Below the pieces are notes generated by a model. The model saw only the letters and a list, made by a program, of their open reading frames with translations. It did not search any database and was not told the origin of the DNA. A DNA stretch of 64,000 nt, taken from Callorhinchus milii. Its lineage: Eukaryota. Below, in pieces: positions 52,480-64,000 of this stretch; positions within the stretch are counted from its first letter, which is position 1, and each line of letters starts with the position of its first letter. The stretch lies in NCBI RefSeq assembly GCF_018977255.1, contig NW_024704742.1:91824001-91888000 (forward strand). The letters run 5' to 3'. The position numbers and the translations under genes were made by a program.

Positions 52480-53200
52480 CCAGGCTCGTCGCTGCTGAAC
52501 CCTGCTCTGGTTGAATTGCATTGACAGCGATGCCTGTAAATAGATGCCAAACAATGCCCGGTGTTGCCCTGCCCTGCCCTGTGTGTCCCTGCCCTGCCCT
52601 GCGCCGCGCTGCTCTGCTCCAGGCGCCGTTGCCACTGTTTTGGTTGCAAACAGTTACCAGGCGGTTGTTTCCGGTGGGCGCGCGGCCAGACCAGACCAGG
52701 CCGGGCCGGGCCGGGGGGGGGGGGAGGGGCGCGCATTGTGACGCACCGGCCTGGCCCCGCCCACTCGCTTTTTTTTGGAGGCGACACATTCATAATTGTT
52801 GTTATTGTTGCTCCGCTTCCATGGCAACGGCGGCGGCGGCGGCGGCGGCGCGAGCGAGCGAGCGGGGGGGGGGAGGGGGGGAGGGAGGGAGGAGGGGGCG
52901 GGGGAGGGGCGGCCCGCGGGAGGTTCAATAAGGCGGAGCGGCGCGCGCTTCCCGGGACACTCGGCTCTCGCGCTCCGGACTGTGTGTGTGTGTGTGTGTG
53001 GGAGGGAGGGAGGCGCTGCCAGTCCCAGTCCAGCGCCGTACACCACTGCCACCGGCACCGGCCTCTCTGCTCCCCTCTCCTGCTGCACGGCCACACGCTC
53101 CTCTCCCTGACCACCCAACGCCTTGCCCGAGCCTCTCTGCAAAAGCGCCCACCCGACTCCAAACGTCAAGTCGCCTTCCAAGCTCCTCTCTCTCTCTCTC
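52480..53200 (+). promoter_or_regulatory. KLF4 CpG-island promoter: ETS-like TTCCGG, CRE half-site TGACG, RFX X-box-like GCTTCCATGGCAAC (52815-52828), (GGC)n, GC boxes, G-tracts, TATA-like element
   Basis: Very high GC and CpG content immediately upstream of exon 1; motifs read directly from the sequence. Confidence 0.8.
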
Positions 53201-53407
53201 TCTCTCTCTCCACATATATATATATAGATGTGTGTGTACATATATATATATATATACATATACACTTGAGCTAAATCTGGGAGAAGCCGTCTGTCAACCT
53301 TCTTCACTTCACTCACAACGCACAGCATCACTCCCTGCTCCGGCCGTTCCTGGTGCAGGTGTTTCCTGTGAGCGAACTTCGCAATTGGTTCGCACGTTAT
53401 TGATGAG
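52955..53407 (+). other. KLF4: Putative KLF4 exon 1 (5'UTR; start position approximate)
   Basis: Ends in ATGAG|GTGGGT, the same ATGAG|GT exon-1 end as mammalian KLF4. The start is inferred only from a TATA-like TTCAATAAG at 52924. Confidence 0.6.
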
Positions 53408-53692
53408 GTGGGTTTAACTCGCGGATTGGTGCGCTCCCGTCCTTCTTTATCCATAAATATGGCATTAGTTCTCGGGTGGTTCACCGAGTCCTTCTCGGGA
53501 TGCAAATCGAAAAAAGTAAAGGGTGACTTTTATACATATAGAGTGGAGCAGAAGAAGAGTCAGAGGCTGACTTGTTGACTTGTGCGTTTGGTTTCCTCTC
53601 CTCCTCTCCCTCTCTCTTCCCCCTCTCCCCCTCCACCCTCCCCTCTCCCCTCTCCCCCGGTGCTTGTAGGCGGCCAACAGAGTGGGTTCGAC

Positions 53693-57077
<3,385 letters not shown>

Positions 57078-57880
57078 AAACAGGCGAGAAACTCCTCCAA
57101 GCCTTCAGCATGTAAATAGAATGACAGCTTTACTGCCTTCCAATCTACCGGGGCACGTAAAGGACATTGATCTGCCCACCCATTTTTGTTAATCATGTCT
57201 CATAAATATAATAGTCTGAAAGTGGAATCTCATCGGTGGAGCAACGGATTAAAAACTTCAAGACTCACTGAAATGGGCTTGAGCGGGTGCTTTCTGTCTG
57301 ATCAGATATCATTGAATGACTGGAAACTGGGAATCTTGGTAAAGCAGGCTCTTTGGAATTATAGATTTTTTTTTAAGCTCTGACTATTTTCAGTTCCATG
57401 TGGATAACCAGCTGGTGACTATTTCAGTTCAAAAGACTTTTTATTTTCCTATAAGGGAAGTCAGGTACAGAAATGCTTTTATAAAGGCCCTGATGTGATG
57501 GTGCTCGGTAACTTTCTTTCAGAGGTACAAAAACTGATATGAAAACTATGCAACAATCCTGCCACTGGATAAGAAGATATACAAATAACTTCAGGTCTAC
57601 GGTGTTGCCAAAGGTCAGGTAAACGTTTCTCGTTCACACAGAATAAATATGACACTGTGGTCTCATTGTGCAATAATTATTTTATTCTATTCTATGCTTT
57701 AACGCCGAACAAATTGCATTTCTATATTGTATGCAACATCATATTTTATCTAATGTACATTTATGACATTAGTTTTGTACATTTGTAAATAAGGAGTAAA
57801 CATTTACTGTGGTTTGGATTTTGCATATAATGTTTTTGAAAAGAAGAAAAAGTAATAAACTTAAAATGTCCAGATCTTGA
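57078..57880 (+). other. KLF4: KLF4 3'UTR with polyadenylation signal AATAAA at 57854-57859 (second hexamer at 57642)
   Basis: Blocks TCAGGTACAGAAA, GATGGTGCT, CACTGTGG..TGTGCAATAAT and TTTTGTACATTTGTAAA resemble the recalled mammalian KLF4 3'UTR; the end is approximate. Confidence 0.75.
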
Positions 57881-59846
57881 ATTGTGGAGTGGAAATGTTT
57901 TTCGCCCTTTGCTCAACAAAAGGATTCTATGCATAAAGTACTAATAGTTTATTCTAACGTGGCATGAAAATCTAAGCATTCTCTGATATTCCTCTGTCAG
58001 CCTTCAAATCCAGATACCAATTCTGAACAGATCATGTAGTATGGAAATAAGAGACATTTCTCTGACACTCTCTTCTATCACTGTATTACTTTGGGGAACA
58101 CATTTTTAAAAAAAAGTAAGTAACGTTTACATTGCTTTATACTGCATTCAGTGATGCACACTATAGTGTGTTTTAACTACAGTATTGTATCTTTAGTGTT
58201 GAGATCATTTTAGTGAATAGAACAAGGTTTGTTGTCATGGTTTATGATACTGACATAACTACCCGAGCCATTACTGGCTTGGGACATGCTCCAGACTGTT
58301 TTGTTGCATGTAGAAACTATATGGTAGGGAACAGGGGAATACCTACTTTATTTTGTGAGTAAGGAAGATCTGATAACAAGTGTTCAAATTCTGAAAATCG
58401 TCCTCATGAGTAAGAACAGGACTCCAGTGTTTCCCCCAAACCCCTTGTGGGTTCTGTTTTTGTGAGATGCAGGATTTTAAAAATGCATTCATTCAAGGAC
58501 TGCCTTGACCTCAAAGTACTTTTTACCAGTGAGTCATTGAGCCAGTGTGTGAATATTTTGATTAGCAACATTATATAAATAATGGGAGATATGTTAGTAT
58601 TTTAACATTCAGCATCAACAGCTGGAAGGATTCTCCATAAAGTTTTTTTTAAAAGGGGGCTTGGAAATTGCAATTAGAACTTTAAGCACGCTCTGATATT
58701 CCTTTGTCAGTCATTCAAATAAATGCAGATACCAATTTTGATCATGTAGTATGAAAACAAGAATCATCTCTCTCTGCCACTTTCTATCACTGTACTACTT
58801 TGGGGAAGTATGTTGCAAATGTAAAATCTTCTTGTACAGCTGATTTATACCCATGGTGAGGGCATGGGGCAGAAGTTATTTAAAATGGATTTTTACATTT
58901 TGAGTATTATGTTTGGAATTCAATATGTACAATGAGGATTTAAATAATAATTTGGGCACTCAATGCACGACAGTTTATGGGACACCTCTGTGTGCAAATG
59001 GCTGCCATGTTTCACCCACAAAATATACAATCAATTCACTGTATAGTATATTCTGTGAAGTACTTTGAGATGTCTCAAAGACGTGATAAGGTGGTTTATC
59101 AAATGCAAGGATTATTGTTCTTATTATTTATTACATAGAAAATAACAAATCGCATTATGCCCTAAATCTTCTTTAATGTGCAAAGATATTTGAGGTTAGG
59201 TGCACCACGGCATTGGTCTCTTGGGAATGTGCTAGGAGTTAAAGTTTTATAGTAAGATGCAGCATTTATTAATTGCCATTGTCATTTTGCTTTATTGAAA
59301 AATCTTCTTGGTTGTAATACAGTACCTTACATTTCCTTTTCATGTGGCAGAATATGGAGTGAATTATATTTATCATAATTTTCTATGTAGTAGGAGGAGG
59401 AGTGAATTTCAAAAGTTGCTTTGTGATGTGGAAGTTCTGGAAGGTGTCTCCGTCTACGGTTTTGTCCTGTGAAGATCAAGTTAGGAATTTGGTGGGAAGG
59501 AAGAAGCTGATGTCACGACATTCCGTGAGGAAGATCAATGACATCTTGAGCACAAGGGGAAGCTATAGCTGCTGAGAAGAACGTGATGTGTGCTATTGAG
59601 GAAATATGACCGAAGACTGAATCGCACTCAGACTCAGTAGGCCTTTCCTTTAATTAGAGTGAGATAATACTTTGGTTCAGGTTTGTTTTGTTTTTTACAA
59701 CGTTCGGGCAATTAAAACATTTGCATTATAATCCACTGTATGGATCAGTGGAAATTTTTTATTTGGGAGAATTTGTTTTGAAATGCAGGCTGATGTTAAA
59801 AAAAAAAAATTGGTTTCTTAAAGCGTAGAGCAATGGATGATTTAAT

Positions 59847-60040
59847 ACTAATCCTTGCATTTGATATAGCGCTTTTCACGTCGGGAGGACGTCCCAAAGC
59901 GCTTCACAGAACACACTGTCAAGTGAATTGACTGTATATTTGTGGGCGAACGCGGCAGCCAATTGTGCACAGCAATGTCCCACAAACATTCGTAGATTGA
60001 AAATGACCAATTTATTATTGTTTTTTGTTTTGGAGGGATT
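59847..60040 (-). mobile_element. 5'-truncated young family A SINE
   Basis: Closely similar to 30385-30575. Confidence 0.85.
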
Positions 60041-63000
60041 TGGCAACAACTTACAATATTTCTCTGTGTTGTGCATGTGAGTTTCGTGCTCCTGTTATGA
60101 GACTGGATCCACTGTGAACAACAGCTCCAGAGTACAGGAATATACTACTGTGTAGCCTATTCTAGTTGTACCCAATTTTTAATAGTGGTCTGTATTAGTC
60201 ATACACTAAAGGAATAAATACTGGACTTGAGGCATATTCTGGAACAAGATTTGCATCAGTGACAAGTAAGAAAATGGTTCTTGTAGTGGAGAGAAGTTCC
60301 AAATTAGCTTTTTAGTGTGTATTGGGTTATTCTTCATGTTCACCTTCCATTTTTTTTAAATGAACACTTAATTGCAATAACTCCCCACTATCAACAATTT
60401 GACAGGGCATAGGATTGCTGCTTATATTTTATTTCACAAATGAGAACTATCTAAAACCAGAACATATGCTTGTACTCAACATAAATCACTGATGAGAACA
60501 GTAGCGTTTCTTCTGCAGCTGTTTATAGTGGTTGTCCATCTGTGCCTCTTCTATAGTTGTAGTGTTGGCAAAACATAAACTAAAGAAATAATTACACAAA
60601 CTAAATATTTGTGCTGGGAGCGGAGGGGGTAAGAGGTTCAAAAATGTATTTATAAAGTCTAATTTTGTTTCACACGTTTTAATGATTTTTCTTTAAAGTA
60701 ATTTTTTTACGATGTTCTCACCATTTTTTCTTAAGTTTAAACCGTTCTAAATTTGATCTTAAAAACAAATTCAGAGAAGTTCAGAGAGTCCTATACGGTT
60801 GAAAGCTATCAGATAGAGGCATTCTTTAAGCAAGCTTATACTATTGGCTGTGTCTGAAGTACAAACAGTTTTTATTAACAATATAATGGAATATGTACAG
60901 TTTTTTTAACACTTAAGATCTGGAAAGTTTATGTCCTTATCTGTTCTCTTTAATGTCCAAATACAAGGATGATCTTCCTGTCATTTTGAATTTCTGGTAT
61001 TAGCAGTACATCACAATGGATATATGATATTTGACGTTCATTCAGCTTCATTACAAATGACTACCAGACTTGTGTGTTTATTAGGCCCACATGTAACGTG
61101 TACTATTTTCATGAATGGAGACAAATGGGGAATTTGTATCTATTATATGAAAGCAACAGATGGTTGAAATGAATCGGATGTTTATGGGGCCCTGAGCTAG
61201 TTTGTCTATAAAGCATTCACACATCTACTGGATTTAAATTGAGTAAATCCATAAGTCTCTTGGCAAGAAAGACTCATTTTTATTTAATTCATCTATCTTC
61301 TTTGTAATTGACACAAAAATTGTCTAACTATAAGAATTGAATCCTAAACCAGAAAATAAATATACTCTTGGGATTGACAAGAAGCTGAACAGAGCAGTAG
61401 CAAGGTCTCAAAGAAACCAAGGGAAAATAGGATTCAGTGAGAAACCAGTAAAATAAATTAATGGCAGAAGACAAAACAGGAAAGTAACTTACTTTGTTTA
61501 GTTGATGAGTAGGATTTTTACAGACTCTGGATCCTGTACACATTTGCAGTTTATCCCAAAGCAGCAGTACTCCAGGTGCATAATAAGGCAACATTTGTGG
61601 AGGAAACTTATTTAATGATCGAGCATTCACTTGCTTACTTTTTATATAAGTTGCAGATCTTTCTATTTCTCATCATGTTTAAAGAGATGTACTATGAGTG
61701 CTAATATAGAGCTTGGTTTCCAATGTGCCAATCCAGTCTACAGTTTCTATCTTCCATGACTAAAGTTTGGCTCAGGTGCTTGTGTAGCCGATTAGTTGTG
61801 TATTTATTGTAAGACGCCACCAAATTATGTTATTGGGACGTTTGTTTAATGCTGGTATTCTGATTCACTATTTCCATTTCCTACTGAATTTACTGATGTA
61901 GAAGTTGAGAAAAAAGTTAATTGAATATATTTTCTTAAGGTCAACAGTTAATGTTTTAATGTTACCACAGTATACAGTAATTGATCCTACACCAACTCAG
62001 CAATACCTAATCCATCTCCAGTCTCTAAAAGAATTTCCAGATTTTTATTATTGGTGGTTTTTAACCTCTGTAACTGATTCAGTTACATTTTATTTCCTGG
62101 AAGCAAATAACGTATGAGAGAGACTCTTAAAGCAGCTCACAGGTTAAATTCACACATAATTTTTGTGACTTTTGTTTTGGTTTTAGTTCCAATTCAGGAG
62201 AGGTCTTTATGTTATTCATAGATTACAATCTGAACCTTGTCTGTTAAAATCAACTATATATGTTCCTTTCTTCCTTTGTATTGAGAAACCTAAAGAAAGC
62301 GCATTCTGCAGAATACCACCAGAAAGAATAAGAGTAAAGATATGGTAAATTAAGCATTGTAGTTTTAAATGTCTTACGTTGTAGGAGGAAAGGAAGGCTG
62401 AGGGAGATTTGTAGTTCCAGTTCTGAGTTTGTAGAGTGAGGTTTGGTTTCAATGTTGTGAGGGTGCAGGAGTAGGCAGAGTATGTCAGATACTAACATCT
62501 TTAATCTAAATTCCACCTTGGGGTTCAGGGAGGGAGTGACCCACACATTTTGCCGAATATAGTGGTAACATTCAATGAGAGTGCAAACTATGCTATAATG
62601 TGTATGGATTCTATAATGGGTCATTCCCTATTATGTTGCCTGGTTTCCAAAGGACATTCTTAAATGGTATTATGTGTAACTATATTTCGCAATCTTCTTA
62701 GATTTACACTTTCTGTAGATGATAAATTGATCGGTTGTGGACTGGTTCACTTTGCTGTATTTTACAAAAAACATGATGTGGAATTACTATAATCAAATCA
62801 ATTCAAACTGTTCAAAAAGTAACAGTTTTTCCAACAATGAGACTTCATGATCATTATTACATTTGATGTTTCCAAATTGCCTTGGGGAATGTTTTGTCTT
62901 CCATGACTTCTTCAAAAGACAATCAACCCTATTTTAATGTTTTTGCAGTTATTTCAGATATTTTCCATTACTGGCTATGTGTAAAATTAAGAAGAACTAA

Positions 63001-64000
63001 GATAGCTTCTCCTTGTCCCCTCACTCACAGTCCTGCTTGCCATCTGGCTGTATTTGACTATTTAAATTAGACCATGGGTTTGATAGGGAGCCAAGTAACA
63101 TTACATGTAATTTTATGGTGCAGTTATACTGAGTTTTGCGATTTTCAGTTTTAAAGCTGCAATTTTGTCCAAAGGTGCAAAGCTCTGTGGCATCTATCTG
63201 AGATCCAATCATGTTTTCACAACTAAGTTGCCGAATGCTATCTTCAACAAAGGTTTGGAACGTTCTAGCTTGAATCTGCAGTTTTAAAATTTTATTAAAG
63301 CAGCTTAATGTTGTCCTGGTGTACCACTTTATGCTTCCTCATGATCAGAGTGCCTGATGCCAACCCTGCATTTATCCAAATATAAAAATAATTCCTTTTC
63401 CAAGATTGACATCCATTTCTTTTGATTTACACAAATGGTGACCAAAACCAAACATTTTAGATTAATACAGTACAGAAATATAGCTGGCTTATAAGCTTTA
63501 TGGTTTATGGCTTTACCTAGGTATTCAGTTGATGGTTTGCTATTTAAGCATTGGAGTACTGATATTTACAGTTTTCAGACGCATTTTTTTCCATTAATGA
63601 CCTACTGTTGGATTACTTCAATGATGGTACTGCACTTGTAAGTATTGTTGACTTGCTATTGGTTATTGGGGGAAAATTTGCCTCTCAGGCCAAATTTGCT
63701 TTCCCAACAAATGTTTTATATCTTTAGACCCGAGTGGATAACAAATTAGAGGATTATGCCAGCATTGATGCCAATAGCAGAACACCCATCCAGTTTTCAG
63801 TTTGCTAACCAGTTTAAGTAATGCCAACCCATTGTATAGTGTTAATTTGTTGAATCATAATTGACTTCATATGGGAAAAATATTTATTAGCCCATTATTG
63901 TTGTAACAATACAAATTGATTTTCTGCTCATGCATTGTAGCAAAATGAGCTGTGGCAATGGTGTTTTCGTTTCCATCCGTCAGTAATGACTTTTTTAAAA

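Noticed and set aside
52363..53505. Overlapping ORFs up to 283 aa at the promoter
   Set aside because: Expected artefact of GC-rich, microsatellite-rich CpG-island DNA; low-complexity products
59390..59640. Purine-rich, exon-like stretch downstream of KLF4
   Set aside because: Only a ~60-codon frame with no recognisable homology or convincing splice pair

Overview
Vertebrate genomic DNA. The repeat families (DeuSINE, CR1 with a TCTATGAT-type tail, a Penelope-type hairpin, an abundant tRNA-Ala SINE with (TTA)n tails) suggest a cartilaginous fish, possibly a chimaera; the species call is inference. The only protein-coding gene I can support is a complete KLF4 orthologue on the + strand: CpG-island promoter near 52.5-53.2 kb, five exons, CDS join(53693..53794,54389..55193,55315..55479,56902..57077) = 415 aa, and a 3'UTR with recognisable microRNA seed sites. 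The ~52 kb upstream has no supportable gene and is dominated by SINE, L2 and CR1 remnants. It also holds a SINE-poor, CpG-rich block at ~36.3-43.2 kb with five different tandem arrays and clustered transcription-factor motifs. I cannot establish a wholly new biological system. The best leads are: (1) the exon-1 ATG that gives the long mammalian KLF4 isoform is out of frame here and forms an overlapping uORF; (2) a 13-copy TATA-loop hairpin minisatellite enclosed by perfect 15-bp inverted repeats; (3) a two-template, microhomology-joined templated insertion at 2.7-2.9 kb; (4) a TSD-flanked Penelope-type hairpin with a degenerate hammerhead core; (5) a candidate STAT/FOXO/KLF distal enhancer between satellites; (6) a composite unknown-head plus L2-tail element present twice. 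Repeat boundaries are approximate, read by eye.
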